DNA from: Chiloscyllium plagiosum
Taxonomy: Eukaryota
Direction of reading: 5' to 3'
NCBI RefSeq assembly: GCF_004010195.1
Contig: NC_057719.1
Location: 16,417,929 to 16,481,928 of the forward strand
Length of the DNA stretch: 64,000 bases
This document shows positions 1 to 13,000 of the stretch, piece by piece. Both the position numbers and the translations under genes were made by a program. Numbering within the stretch: position 1 is the stretch's first letter; each line of letters opens with the position of its first letter. The notes beneath the pieces are model-generated. The model was not told the DNA's origin and searched no databases. It worked only from the letters and a program-made list of their open reading frames with translations.

Positions 1-157
1 CGTCTGCAATGGGATACAGACAGGGGGAGGGTCAGATCGTCTGCAATGAGATACAGACAGGGGAGGGCAGATCGTCGGTAATGGGATACAGACAGTGGGA
101 GGGCAGAGCGTCTGCAATGGAATACAGACAGGGGGAGGGCAGGTCGTCTGCAATGGG
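1..157. repeat. Minisatellite, ~36-bp unit (cgtctgcaatgggatacagacagggggagggcagat)
   Basis: Unit starts at 1, 38, 73, 109 and 145. Truncated by the window edge. Confidence 0.9.
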
Positions 158-159
158 GA

Positions 160-470
160 TCCCTCCAGCCCGGCACCGCCTTCCTGACCTGCAGTCTTCT
201 TCTTGACCTCTCCGCCTCCATCCTACTCCGACCTATCACCCTCACCTTGACCTCTTTCCACCTATCACATTTCCAACTCCCCTCCTCCAAGTCACTCCTC
301 CCTACCTTTTGTCTTCTCCTGCTGAACACTCTCTGCTCATTCCTGAAGAAGGGCCTGTGCCCAAAACTTCGAATCTCCTGTTCCCTGGATGCTGCCTGAC
401 CTGCTGTGCTGTTCCAGCAATAAAGTTTCAACTTTGATCTCCAGCATCTGCAGACCTCACTTTCTCCTCG
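160..470 (+). mobile_element. Penelope-like element 3' end with decayed hammerhead motif
   Basis: Near-identical to 32564-32787 and ends ...ccagcatctgcagacctcactttctcct. Motif ATTC-CTGAAGA-A-GGGC-CTGT-GCCC-AAAA has GAAA mutated. Confidence 0.8.
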
Positions 471-471
471 A

Positions 472-945
472 AAATCTTCTCTGAACCCTTTCAAGTTTCA
501 CAACATCCTTTCGATAAGAAGGAGACGAGAACTGCACACTATATTCCAAAAGTGGCCTAACCAACATCCTGTACAGCCACAACGTGATCTCCCAATTCCT
601 GTACTCAATACTCTGATCAATAAAGGAAAGTATACCAAACACCTTCTTCATGATCCTATCTACCTGCAACTCCACTTTCAAGGAATTGTGAACCTACAAT
701 CCAAGGTCTCTTTGTTCAGCAACACTCCCTAGGACCTTAACATTAAATGTATAAGTCCTGCTAAGATTTGCCTTTCCAAAATGCAGCCCGTCATATTTAT
801 GTAAATTAATCTGCATTTGCCACTCCTTGGCCCTTTTGATCAAGATCCCATTGTACTCTGAGGTAACCTTTGCTATCCACTACACCTCCAATTTTAATGC
901 CATCTGCAAACATATTAAGTATACTTCCCATGTTCACATCGAAAT
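472..945 (-). mobile_element. CR1 LINE fragment (RT C-terminus)
   Basis: ORF 457..681 LYRMLVRPLLEYSVQFSSPSYRKDVVKLERVQRRF is typical of CR1 ORF2. Confidence 0.85.
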
Positions 946-1789
946 ATCAAAGCCTTCTAAAAATCAAAATACACCACATTCATTTTTTCTCCTTTATCTT
1001 TCATCAGTTACCCATTTAAAAATGCCACCAGGAAAAATGATTTATCTTTCATAAGTTCATGTTCATTTTGCACAATCATTATTTTCTAAATGCCCAATTA
1101 TCACAACCTTTTCAACAGATTCTAATGTTTTCTCTACTTCTGATCGGGTTAATGGTCTATAATTCTCCTTTCTTTCTCTCTCCTTCCTTTCTTAAATGGT
1201 GCATTTTCTATCTTCCAAACTGCAGAAAGCATTTCAGAATTTTGGAAGGTGACCACTAACTCATCCATTACAGGTTCAATTGTTTCTTTAGCTCAAAGTA
1301 AAATGAAGCAACAAAAAAGGTCCTATGATACATTAAGAGTTCTGTTTGTGTACCTTAACCATCATGAAAAATACTTACCGAAAAAGTCTGAAACAAGCTA
1401 GGAAGGGATTCACAGAGATACAACTAGTGGCAACCTCTGGAAGATTTGCTCCAGCAAGACTGGGATTAGGAACTGCCAGAGGAAGCCTAACTGTTGGTAA
1501 TCAGTTCAGGGATTTTCCAAAATAAAAGAGGCAAGTGGTGGTAAGGGTACATTACAAAGTAGCAAAACATGAACTCAATGGAAGCAGTGAATGATTGTGG
1601 ACTGTCCCTTTAAGGACTTTCTGTGAAGAATACCCTGCAAACTGCATGTATAAATACAGTAAAATAAAACAAAGAACTGCAGACGGAGATGTGAAACAAT
1701 CGCAGAAATTGCTGGAGAAACTCAACAGACCTTGGCATCATTACATCACAAAATCCCTACAGTGCAGAAAGAGGCCATTTCTCCCATTG

Positions 1790-2058
1790 ATGCTGCAATG
1801 ATCCTCTGAAGAGCATCCCACCCCATCCTCTTAACCCTGTATTTACCAGGGTTCATTCAGGTAGCCTGCACAACCCTGGACACTATGGTGCAATTTAGCA
1901 TGGCCAATCCACCTAACCGCACATCTATGGACAATGGGTGGAAACTGGAGCAGGTGGCAAAAACCCACGCACACAGAGAGAATATGTAAACTCCACACAG
2001 TCACCCAAAAGTGGAATCAAACCAGGTCCCTGGTGCTGTGTTAAGCCACCATTCTGCC
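1790..2058 (-). mobile_element. HE1-type V-SINE, degenerate
   Basis: Reverse complement of the SINE at 58341 (gtaaactccacacagtc, ggaaactggagca, caatttagcatggccaatccacctaacc). Confidence 0.75.
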
Positions 2059-2665
2059 CAAATCCCCAGCATCTGTGGGGAGAAAGCAGCATAAACCACT
2101 GAACTCTAAATGCTCTCTTCTGCTTTTTCCCCCACCGATGTTGCCAGTCCTGCTGAGTTTCTCCAGCAAGTTGTTTTTTTTTTTAAATAGTATGTGTGAT
2201 TACTTGTTCTGTGGAGGTATTAGCAAGGGTTGCCTTTGCTATAGTAAATTTGCACAATCTTTCCTCAATTATGCTTTATGCTTGTTTGACACAACAGAAG
2301 TTGCAAAAGTTGAAATGCTGTTGCGAAATTCATTCAATTGGTCACTAGGAATTTAAGTCACTTGTTTGAAATTAATTATTTGGACCAGGATTGTAACAGC
2401 TGCAGAATTCAGCACGATTCAGTTTCGCAGAACCAAGTAAAAAGTACGTGCTTCCAAAATTAAATGCACAAGTGACATCTAGAGCTTCTGTCATCCCACA
2501 TCTTTCTCCCCAGTAACATCCACCTTCAGCATTGTGATAAGAACTCTCATGAGACAGCTCACAACATACCATCTATCCAATCTGATGATCTTACCAATGA
2601 TATTCTCAAATTATCACAAACTCATTCAAAGAGCAAGTACCAAATGAAATGAGCACAGTACTCAC

Positions 2666-2755
2666 CTTTTCTTTCTGCAATTTCTCCTTTTCATGGATCG
2701 ACAACTGCAGACTTGCTTTCAGCTCTTGAATATCTTCCTTCCCATTGTACTTAGC
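2666..2755 (-). CDS. TRIP11: TRIP11 coding exon 9
   Basis: Acceptor cttttaag, 90 nt, AKYNGKEDIQELKASLQLSIHEKEKLQKEK, consensus donor AAG|GTGAGT. Confidence 0.85.
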
Positions 2756-3814
2756 CTTAAAAGAAGTTCAAATGGTGAACCACCACAATTTTTATGCCAT
2801 ATGACAGAACAACTTATAAGACAAATAATATTTGAAACATTTCTCAACAGGGATGCTGATTACTTCCTTCTCTTCTATATGGCAATGTGTAAAGAAACTC
2901 TTGCTCTGGATTAAAATACATGAAAGAAATCTCTCTAAATCTATCCAACAATGATGTATCTGGCATAAAGACTAAATAAGAAGTGATGACTGCCACCAGA
3001 CAGAAACTTTGTTAGTCAAATAAACTAACAATGTGCTCTTAAATTTGCACTTTTTTATATTCATTTGTTAACAATTTCATACAAACAAAATCAATGACAG
3101 CAGCTGATTTTTTTTGCCTGCATTCACATTAAATATATCACATACAGAGAATTCAATGTAAATACTCTCATTCCAATGATAAAAATAATAGAAAGAATGA
3201 GTGGGCCCGTAAGTCGAGAGGATATTTCAGATACAGGAGTCTCCTCCTTCACTGAAGAAGGCTCGAGTTCCATTTATTATAAATATACGACTAATTTGGA
3301 TTAATATTTCAATAGAAACACAAAATGCTTCAAACAAAAGATGTAATGACAATTGTTCACATACACATGAAGTTGGAGATTTGCTTGTTATGTTTCATAT
3401 TTAGTGCAAATATGCATTTTAATCATTGGGATTTGTCAACTGCACTACTCCTTTCAAATGAACACTCAAAGCTTGAATACGACAAGACAAAGGTAATCTG
3501 TGATTTATATTCACTCTACTTTCAAGCAAATAAAATGAATGAAAGCACCAAAAATATTAAAAATAAACAAAAAGCAAAATCTTGATATGAACCAACTCCT
3601 GAAAGTTGAATTTAATTAAGATTCCTATTGTGTAAGCTCCTGGTGCACGATTTGCATCCCACTCATAGATGATGCTAACTGTAACTCAATATATAATGGA
3701 GGAGTTAGCAAGACAGCCTGATAATAAGAAATATGTAAGAAAGAAACAGAATAGATCAACAAATTCAAGATAGCATGAGTCATAAAGCTCAAAGTGAACT
3801 TGCGTTTCACATAC

Positions 3815-3855
3815 TTCATTCGTGTTATTCAATCTCTTCAGTTTATTGTCTGCAT
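3815..3855 (-). CDS. TRIP11: TRIP11 coding exon 8
   Basis: Acceptor ttgcag, 41 nt, phase 1 to 0, (D)ADNKLKRLNNTNE, donor GAA|GTATGT. Restores frame. Confidence 0.85.
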
Positions 3856-5899
3856 CTGCAATTAAAGAAAACATGTTAAAATTCTAATATATATGACAAA
3901 ATCCATCATCATTCATCCTTGCAACTTGGCAGGAACAGATAAATGCTTTCATTTTCAAAATTATCTAAGCAAAAGATGCAAATTAAGAGCAGTTGAGGTT
4001 AAGGCAATTAAAGAAACTAACTTAAACTGTCTTTTTGATCCATACCTGGGATTGACTTCAGTGACACTATTAACATCAGGTATCTCAGTGTTGAGAATGG
4101 GTTAGGGAGTTAGAAAGGGAAAGAAGATATTCCTTAGTTTTTTCTAACATTTTCAACCTGTAGGAAATGGTCGCTACTCTTCTGGAGGGGAAAGTACCCC
4201 TGCAATGCAGGGATGGGCAAGTGTATAAGATCCAATATATTTTTATATATTAAAGCAGTATAGAAACTAGTAGACAAGGCGAGAGGTAACGGTATTAGAA
4301 CATAGAACATAGAACAGGACAGCACAGGACAGGACAGCACAGAACAGGCCCTTCAGCCCACGATGTTGTGCCGACCAGTGATCCTCATGTATGCACCCTC
4401 AAATTGATATGAGAAATGATGATCTATGTTCCCTCTAAATTCTCAAACCATTGCACAGATTTCCAAGGTTTGTGCACAGCAGCAGCTGAAGAAACAAATT
4501 AACGCATCAGCATGGCCTAGAATGCCAAATGGCATGCACAGATTCCCCCACAGCCACTACACAGTTGGTTTAGAGGGAACATTGATGACAAACTGACCAT
4601 GACAAAAGGATAAAGTACAATCCAAGAGTTAACAAACAGATGGTGCTAAAGGTTACAAAAATAAAAGGCAAAATTAAAGACTCAGACTCTGAATGCATAT
4701 GGTATTTGAAACTGAAAGCACAACAAAATAGGATCTGATGGTCGTTCAAGAGACATGGTTGCTGGATGACTTAGAATGGGACCGGAGTATTGAAGGGTAC
4801 AGGACTTTGACAAAGGACAGGAAGTTAAAAATGATTTTGGAATGGCTCTGTTAATTAGTTATAGCATCAGCACACTAGAAGGGAAAAGGCTAAGCACAGT
4901 GTCCGGAAGTTGTTTGAGTCGAGATGAGAAATAATCAAGGCAAGAAACAGTGATCTAAATATACTTTTCTCAATTTCATATTCATCCACATGATGCAGCC
5001 TCCTCCTCTACAATGGAGAGACAAGCGCAGATTAGGTAATCGCTTTTCTGAACAACACTTATATGCTACAGTACCTAGAGTTAAGAAGTATGCAAGATGA
5101 TCTCATTGAAACTAATAAAATTCTTAAAGGGTTTGATAGAATTGATGCTGTGAGGTTAACATCCCTGGTTGGAGAATCTGGAAGTACATGTCATAATCTC
5201 ATGTTAAGTGCTTGGTCATTTAGGAACCGAGATGAGGATAACTTTCTCCACTTAGAGCAAGGTGAATCTTCGAACATTTCCAGTTCAACTTCACACATTT
5301 ACGTTATACCGCATCTACCTTGCATTTGCCCGCCAACTTACTCAAACTGTCCAATCACTTTGAGCTCTCTTTCCTTTCTCATTACTAACTATCTCACCTA
5401 GTTTTGCCTCATGTGCAAACGTGGAGATATTACATTTTATTTTCTTGTTCAAATCATTGATATATTTGAAGGATAGCTGGGGTTCAAGCATCGATCTCTA
5501 CAGTAGTGCTTGTCATCAACCTTCAATTTAGAAAATAGATACTTTTTCTTATTCTGTTTTCTATCAACTATAAAAATCTCAATCCACAAACAGCATATTT
5601 TCTCCGATTGTGTGTTTTGATTTTGCATAATTTCATGTATCAATTGTTTCATGAAAATCCAAATTGAAATGTAAGATCAGGTATGATGTCATTGAATAAT
5701 AGAATGGACTCAAGTGATGAATGGCTTACTCCTGCTCCTATTTCTAGTCTTTTATGTAAAATGTGATATGTAACTATTTTGATTAGAAACAGTGGCTTCA
5801 TTTGAATATCTCAAGATGACAAGAAAATAATAACCCTATAGTATTTATCCTGTAGCGTTTTTTCACTATGGGTAAGTTGCAATAAAGAAATAAGAAATT

Positions 5900-6825
5900 T
5901 ACAAATGAATTTAGATAGGAAGGCAATTGAGCCAAAACTTCGTGGATTAAGTTTAATGTGGATAAATTTAAGGCTATCCATTTTGGTCAGAGGAATTGAA
6001 AGGCAATTTATTACTTAAATGGAGAGAAACTTCAGAGTGCTTCAGCGTAGTGTTTTCTGGGAGTCGTGTATGAATTGTAGGAAACTAGAACATATATTAC
6101 AAGAGTACAGCACAGAAACAGGTCCTTTGGCCCACGAGGTCTGTGCCAACCATGATGCCATTCTAAACTGATCTCATCTGCTTGCACATGGTTCACATGC
6201 AAGTAGAACAACTAATAAAGGAATGCAAATACAATGTTGATATTGATTACGAAGGAAATAGTATATAAATGTTGGGAAGTGTCGCTGCAACCATGCCAGA
6301 CATGAGTAAGATTGCACCTGGAGTATTGCATACTGTTTTGGACTCCTTACTTCAGGAGGAATATAGTTGCATTGGAGGCAGTTCAGAGGAGACTCAGTAG
6401 ATTCCAGAGCTGAGGGATTTGTCTTAAGATGACAACTGAGCAGTTTAGGCGTGCACTCTCTGAAGTTTAGAAGAATAAGAGGGTAATGGGGATTGATAAA
6501 TTAGACATAGTTAGGCTATTTCCTCATATGGGGCAATTTAGAACAAGGAGTCATAGCTTTTAGATAAAGGGATAGCAGGTTTAAGAGAGATGAGGAGAAA
6601 TTACGTCTCTCAAGTAATCTCTGAAACAGGATGCAATGGATGTCAGAATATTGAGTAAATTTAAGGACGAGGTCGAAAGATTTCTAATTAGCAACAAGTT
6701 GAAGGGTTATGGAGAGCAGACAGGAAAGGAGTGGAGGCTGAGATGAGATCAGCCATCATCACACTAAATGATGGAGCTAGCTCAAACGGCTGAATTGCTT
6801 ACTCCTGCTCCCAGTTCTTATGCCC
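5900..6825 (+). mobile_element. Old CR1 LINE 3' portion
   Basis: Degenerate RT C-terminal coding signature (cacctggagtattgcatactgttttgg) and CR1 3' UTR/tail (ggctgaattgcttactcctgctcc). Confidence 0.7.
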
Positions 6826-6870
6826 TTGGGAGTATTGCTGTACAGCATCCATAAAAAGAGCACATTGTAC

Positions 6871-7197
6871 CTGCAACAGCCTGCCTGAGTAGGTACACTT
6901 CTTCCTCCAGTGCCACTTTCCCTGATAATTGGTTTTTCTGTTTCTCTACAGTACCCTGCAGGTCCTGAATACAGTTTTGTGACTTCGTATATTCCTCCTG
7001 TAGTCTCTTGCATTCTTCTTTCAGTTGTCTTATCTCTGTTGAAGAATTTGCCTTCTCATGGAGCAAACCATCAGCTGGTTCCTCGTTCCTGGTCTTAACT
7101 TGATTTTCCAGCTCATCTCCAGACTGCTTTTTGGCTACTAATTGATCTGCTCTCTCCTCAAGGAGTACTGAATGGTCTGACGGCACAGCACCTGCTT
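6871..7197 (-). CDS. TRIP11: TRIP11 coding exon 7 (coiled coil)
   Basis: Acceptor ctttcag, 327 nt, phase 1-1, (E)AGAVPSDHSVLLEERADQL...IRQLKEECKRLQEEYTK...ALEEEVYLLRQAVA+G, donor CAG|GTACAA. Overlaps ORF 6818..7186. Confidence 0.9.
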
Positions 7198-7834
7198 CTG
7201 AAAGAGGTACAGATATACAAGTTACTAAAACACTGCTGATTTTTCAAACTGCACTGATAGACATTCATCACGACTCAACTGCAGCCTGAAATCCAGATGA
7301 TGAATTGTTCTTTTTAATTCTTAAATCCAGCAGTGAAGACGTTGCCAAGTCCTTGAAATTATTTAAGTGAATTTGTTGTTTAAATGATGACTTAGGCTAT
7401 CCAATCAAGTGAGCAGGACTTTACACACCCCCCCAGTTAAAGATGCAGCACTATATTTTTTAAATACAAGCGACAGCTGCTTGCAAGGTAATTCTCAAAT
7501 CAATTTTTGCATGGCAAACATTGTGTAAACTTGACCTTGGCTGAAACATTTTCCACACATCAAAAAGGGAGGTGTGAGTGCAGTTTATTTTTCTGTACAA
7601 ACTACTTTTACATTGCTTGAAATTTGCCCTTATTCATTTAGATTGCATACCCTGGATAGCCAGCAAAAAGCCAAATGGAAAACCAGGGCAACTCACCAAT
7701 ACTGCTGAGCAGGAGGAGTTTTTATGCCTCAGCTGTAAAATCTAGCAACTATCAGGCTTTTAAAACCAGCAGAGATATTAAGTTGGCTCTGAATGATCTT
7801 TCCAATAGAAACTGCATATATCAATGTGGGTCTC

Positions 7835-8596
7835 TGTGTCGGTGCTGCTCCAGTAACAAGGTTATGCGATCCTTGCTTTCTTTTCCAGAGACGTCGTAAA
7901 AGTAGCAATTCTGAAAAGTCTGGATTGGATGGGTTTTAGGGCCAATTCGATTATAGCTAACAGATACTGCCTCAGGTAAAAGGCTTTTAAATTTAAAAAA
8001 ACACTTGCACAACGAAAGGGAAGTGGCCAATTCTCCCAGCTCAGCTTTTCACTGGCCTGGCTATTCACTGAAAGCCGTCAGGCAGTTTTGAGGCTGCTAA
8101 TCCAAAAAACATCTACATGGAAGAGCGTGTTTCCATGCTGCCATCTCGCTCTCTCCTTTAACACCCTGTGCTTGGTTTTACCTTTATACCAATGGGTCTT
8201 ATAGGGATTGTTGCAAGTATTGGGAACAGCATCATTAAGTTGGGAATAATCTGTTGGGTTTTCAGACAGGTTAAGATATTCTGTTCTCTTCTGTTTGTGT
8301 TTCATTCAGCGATCTTGTAAATAGATTCTGTTTTGTTTAAAACTAAGTGGTTTGACCAGCTGCATCCCTCCTGGAATAACCGTGTTACACCTGCTTAAAA
8401 CAACTACCAAATTTAGGGTCTGCGCTACTGTCTTGAAATGTTTTGAGGGGGTCTGGCCTGGTCCATAGGGCTTACGCCCGAAACGTCGATTCTCCTGTTC
8501 CTTGGATGCTGCCTGACCTGCTGCGCTTTTCCAGCAACACATCTTCAGCTCTGATCTCCAGCATCTGCAGCCCTCACTTTCTCCTGGTCCATAACA
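7835..8596. mobile_element. Solo LTR with nested Penelope-derived fragment
   Basis: Begins TGT (7835), ends ACA (8596), flanked by 5-bp direct repeat GTCTC (7830-7834, 8597-8601). Confidence 0.7.
8468..8582 (+). mobile_element. Short Penelope-like 3'-end insertion
   Basis: gggcttacgcccgaaacgtcgattctcc...ctcactttct flanked by 11-bp TSD cctggtccata (8457-8467, 8583-8593). Confidence 0.85.
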
Positions 8597-10094
8597 GTCT
8601 CACATGACACAAGATCATCTATGAAATAATTTTTTCTTTTTTCTTTCCCCAGTAAACAAATAAATATGGCACGTGCCATGAGATATTCAACTAACTACTC
8701 TCTCAAATTGATCCAAGAGATTCCATGGTACAATTTAGAAGTTTCTGAACTTTTCCCTGGTGACCTGACCATTTAGTGCTGAACCAACATCAGAAAACAA
8801 AATTATCCAGTCATTCATTACCTCATTGCTGTTTGTGAAACGCAATGTTGTCCAAATTAGTTACCATCTTTCCTAAATTACAATGCTGAGTTCTCTTCAT
8901 TTGTTTTTAAAACAGTTGGAGATATCCTGAGATTGTTAAAGGAGCTATAATTAACACAAACCCTTCCTATATTTCCAGTAGGACATCTGATTTTTTTTCC
9001 TCTGAAATTTCCCTCCCTGCGGATATAACTGTAAATATCCTCTCTGCAGGGTGTTGCTTAGTTTACAAAGGAACAGGTATTTACGACTGAAGTTCATCAT
9101 TGCTGCTCATGAACTTTCCATAACTTGAAGACAGTCTGATATATCTTGTTTAAACTTGTCCACATAGGGTAAAGAAAACAGATTTTACAGTGTAAATGCA
9201 AGAAGCCAAATCACAGGCTCCCACAAAATGAAAGAAGCTGACCTTTGACAGTTGGTAAAGTCAATAACAGCTATCTAGAACAGTGAGGGGCGAAAAATAC
9301 GTTTAGGCTAAGAATATTTGCATCTCAAGTTTTTTCCTTAAAATGTTATTTTTCTTCTTATTTGAAAGGAGGCAGTAGAATTTTCAAAGAACATGCGTCC
9401 TCCATTCCTTCCAAAACAACTTAGGCTTACAGCATCAGCTTTGGTATCATGCCCAAGAAGCCAATTTGCAAATGTGGACCTCGCAGCGAATACTGGCCCA
9501 ACAAATTCCTGTCCTCAACAAATTTTCACATACACTCCTTTACCAGCAGGTGGCCTCCAGACAGTGATTAGGAGCATAAATACTTATAACTGAGACAAAT
9601 TATAATTTCACTATAATTTCACCAAATTCAATTCACTTTGTGAAATGCATCTGTCTCTACTGAACTGCAGGGATCCATTACGTACTGCCTTCATCAAACG
9701 AACTGCAGAGCTACCAAGGTACACAGTGACAAAGAAATAGCACCGGTCCGCCCAGAATTAAAAAAAAGTTTTTATAATTCTAAAAGCTGAAGTGCTCCAC
9801 AACTATTCTGAACTCATTCCTCCCCAACAGCTTAAGGTATAAATTAATACAAATTTTACAACTGGAAGCTTCAGACACAGTATTTTTTAGTTGCATACAT
9901 TTGTTTGGCTTAAATGATTCCACTAATTGGTAAATCATAAAACAGTTACAGAGAAACCAAGGTCCCAAGGAGAAATGATTTAAAATATCCATTTGATCAT
10001 GCGTAACAGTTTACATTAAGTGCGTTACTTTAATCCTCAAAAGACTTTTCTGCTGCATTAACAGACATGCATACAACTTCGTATTACTTCTAAC

Positions 10095-10257
10095 CTTGCA
10101 ACTGCTGCTCCAACTCTTCAATCCGTTCTTCATATTCTGCAAGTTCATCCCTATGCCGGAGCGTGAGGTTGGTTAGTTTCTGTCGATGTGCATCCTGCAG
10201 AGCTGACAGCTCATGCTGATGGTCATCAATCTCCTGACTAAGCTGCTTCTTCATCTC
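10095..10257 (-). CDS. TRIP11: TRIP11 coding exon 6
   Basis: Acceptor ttatag, 163 nt, [54 protein letters not shown]+G, donor AAG|GTTAGA. Confidence 0.95.
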
Positions 10258-11269
10258 CTATAATAATTAACCAGCTGGATATTATTAGAGATGTACCAAT
10301 TATTACCATAATCAAAGTATCTTTTAAGGAACATCAATCATGATCTGAATAATTCCAATTTCCTGTCCATTTAGCACCTCCCACACAATACACCAACATA
10401 TTGAGGCGGCTAAGGCATACAGACCACGACACACACACACAAAGAATCATATGCAAGCTTTGCCGTGGATAATATTAAAAGGTTTCTTCAATGTGTTCTT
10501 ATTATTTTGTTCTACAAACATAGATCAGGAGCAGTACGTTCAGCCACTTGGACCTGTTTCACCATTTAATAAGATCATGGTACTTCTAATTAACAACCCC
10601 ACCTACCCTGGTAATCATTCAACACGTCACAAGAATTTATCTACTCCTACCTTAAAAATAGTCAAGGACTCTGCCTTCGCCACTTTTTGAGAAGGGAGAT
10701 CTTATTAAATGGATGCTGAACATCAATCCAAGAACAGTGAAAGGTTTTGTAGTGATTGGGAATATAAAGCTATTAAGGCAGAACAATGGCTAGTTGGTCA
10801 ATCTAAGTCTTCATTTATAACTTGTGCTGCTGTTCTCAACTTTCAAGCAATAGACCAAGTTTTTATCAAAATACAACACAAAAGTGATTGATATTTACAT
10901 TTTTAACCTAGTTATGATAAATGGACTTTTGCTAAGTCATGTCAACTGTCTTAATACGTTTAAATATCTAAAACAAAATTGCTCTAGCATAAACTAACAC
11001 ACTTCAACAATTTAGCTCAACCACAAAACATTTTTCACTTGTTAAAACAATCTTGGTCAATGATTGATACGTCATTGCAACAGACACGACATAACACACC
11101 TTTCCAATGAGATAGCAAATTACTACTGAGTACAGCACAAAGCCTTATAGATCAGGAGATGTTGCTTGCAATCATTAATTCGGGCTGAATTAGTTGATTT
11201 CAGCTGAGTTGATGACAGCAACACACTTTTGACTTCAGTACTTGTGTCCTGATGAATACACTCCTAAGT

Positions 11270-12539
11270 CAAAAAGAATCTGGGATAAGGTGGAGGAAGG
11301 GGAAAATGAGGAAGCTGCTGAAATCAACATTGATCCCATGTGGTTGGAGGGTCCCAAGGCAGAAGATGAGGAGTTCTTCCTCCAGGCATCAGGTTAGAAT
11401 CTGGCAGAAGAGGAGGCCCAGGCATGTCCTTGGTGGAGTGGGAGAGGGGGTTGAAGTGTTCAGCCACTGGACGGTGGGATTGTTTTGTGCATGTGTCTCA
11501 GATGTTCTCTGAAATGTTCCACAAGTTGGCGCCTTGTTTCCGCAATGTAGAGGAGACTACATCGGGACCAACGGACACAGTAGATGACGTGTGTGGAGGT
11601 GCAGGAAAATCTCTGTCGGATGTGGAAGGATCCTTTGGGACCTTGGACGGAGTTTGAGGAGGGAGGTGCAGGCACAGGTTTTGCACCTCTTGCGCTGCTG
11701 GAGACTAGAGTCAAAAAGTGTGGTGCTGAAAAAGCACAGCTGGTCAGGTGTCCGAGGAACAGGAGAGTCGACGTTTCGAGCAAGAGGTGCAAAACCTGTG
11801 CCCACACCTTCCCCCTTGCCTCCATCCAAGTCCCCAAAGGATCTTTCCACATCCAGCAGAGATTTTCTTGCACCTCCACACACATCATCCACCTTGTCTG
11901 TTGCTCTCGATATGGTCTCCTCTACGTTGGGAAAACAGCACGCCAATTTGTGGAACGTTTCAGAGAACATCTCAGCAACGCGCACACCATACAACCCCAC
12001 CGCCCTGTGGCTGAAAACTTCCAATGTCCCCCTCCCACTCCGCCAAGGACATGCAAGTTCTGAACCGCCTTCACCATCAGATTCTAGCCACCCGTTGCCT
12101 GCAGGAAGAACACCTCATCTTCTGTCCTGGGACTCTCCAACCACACAGGATCAACATCGCCCCTCCCACTACCTTAACCCAGATCCATCTCTCCAACTTG
12201 GCACTGCCCTCTTGAACTGTCCTACTTGTCCATATTCCATAAGACGATAAGACATAGGAGTGGAAGTAAGGCCATTCTGCCCATCGAGTCCACTCCGCCA
12301 TTCAATCATGGCTGATGGGCATTTCAACTCCACTTACCCGCATTCTCCCCGTAGCCCTTAATTCTTTCTTCCCACCTATACACTACACCCTCCACTCCGA
12401 CCTACCACCATTGCTGAAGAAGAGCTCATGCTCGAAACATTGATTCCCATGCTCCTCGGATGCTGCCTGACCGGCTGTGCTTTTCTAGCACCACACTGTT
12501 TGACTCTGATCTCCAGCATCTGCAGGCCTCACTTTCTCC
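11270..12539. mobile_element. Penelope-like element (GIY-YIG region) with inverted segments and nested CR1 tail
   Basis: 13-bp TSD tacactcctaagt (11257-11269, 12540-12552). GIY-YIG-type text FSCTSTHVIYCVRWSRCSLLYIAETRRQLVEHFREHL on minus and a homologous copy on plus. CR1 3' tail at about 12233-12365. Confidence 0.88.
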
Positions 12540-12639
12540 TACACTCCTAAGTGTCAACCAGTGACCACTTGGTTAGAAGTGCAGACAACAGCGGAGGATA
12601 AAATCTGGTTTAGCAACAAAGCAATGAACCATAAATATA

Positions 12640-13000
12640 GCATGGAAAGGAGTACGGGTTGATAAGTGATCTCATACAGTTTTATAAGGCCATGGCGGGT
12701 ATAGATAGGGTTAAATGGTAAGTGTGTTTTCCCTAGGATAGGGGATTTTAAGACTGGGGAACTTTTTAAGGCGAGAGGAGAGAGATTTAAAAAAAGACAT
12801 GAGAGGGAATTATATTTACACAGAGGGTGGTTCATGTGTGGAATGAACCTCCTGAGGAAATGGTGGATAGTTATAACATTTGAAATTCACTTAGGTAATT
12901 ACAAGAAAAGAAAAAGGTTTGGAGGGATACAGGCCAGGAGCAGACAGGTGAGACTAATTTAGTTTGTGATTACGCTCGGTACTGACTGGTTCAACCGAGA
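12640..13000 (+). mobile_element. CR1 LINE 3' end
   Basis: Typical CR1 3' sequence (tttaaggcgagaggagagagatttaaaa...gtgtggaatgaacctcctgagg). Confidence 0.75.

Noticed and set aside
1..157. Regularly spaced ~36-bp repeats suggestive of a CRISPR array
   Set aside because: The units are contiguous with no unique spacers, there are no cas genes, and the context is a vertebrate intron.
1372..1500. Perfect minus-strand donor (CG|GTAAGT at about 1378) with an open frame upstream, considered as TRIP11 exon 10
   Set aside because: The translation (LPTVRLPLAVPNPSLAGANLPEV...) is Pro-rich and not coiled-coil or TRIP11-like, and part of it resembles a dispersed repeat. Exon 10 probably lies outside the window.
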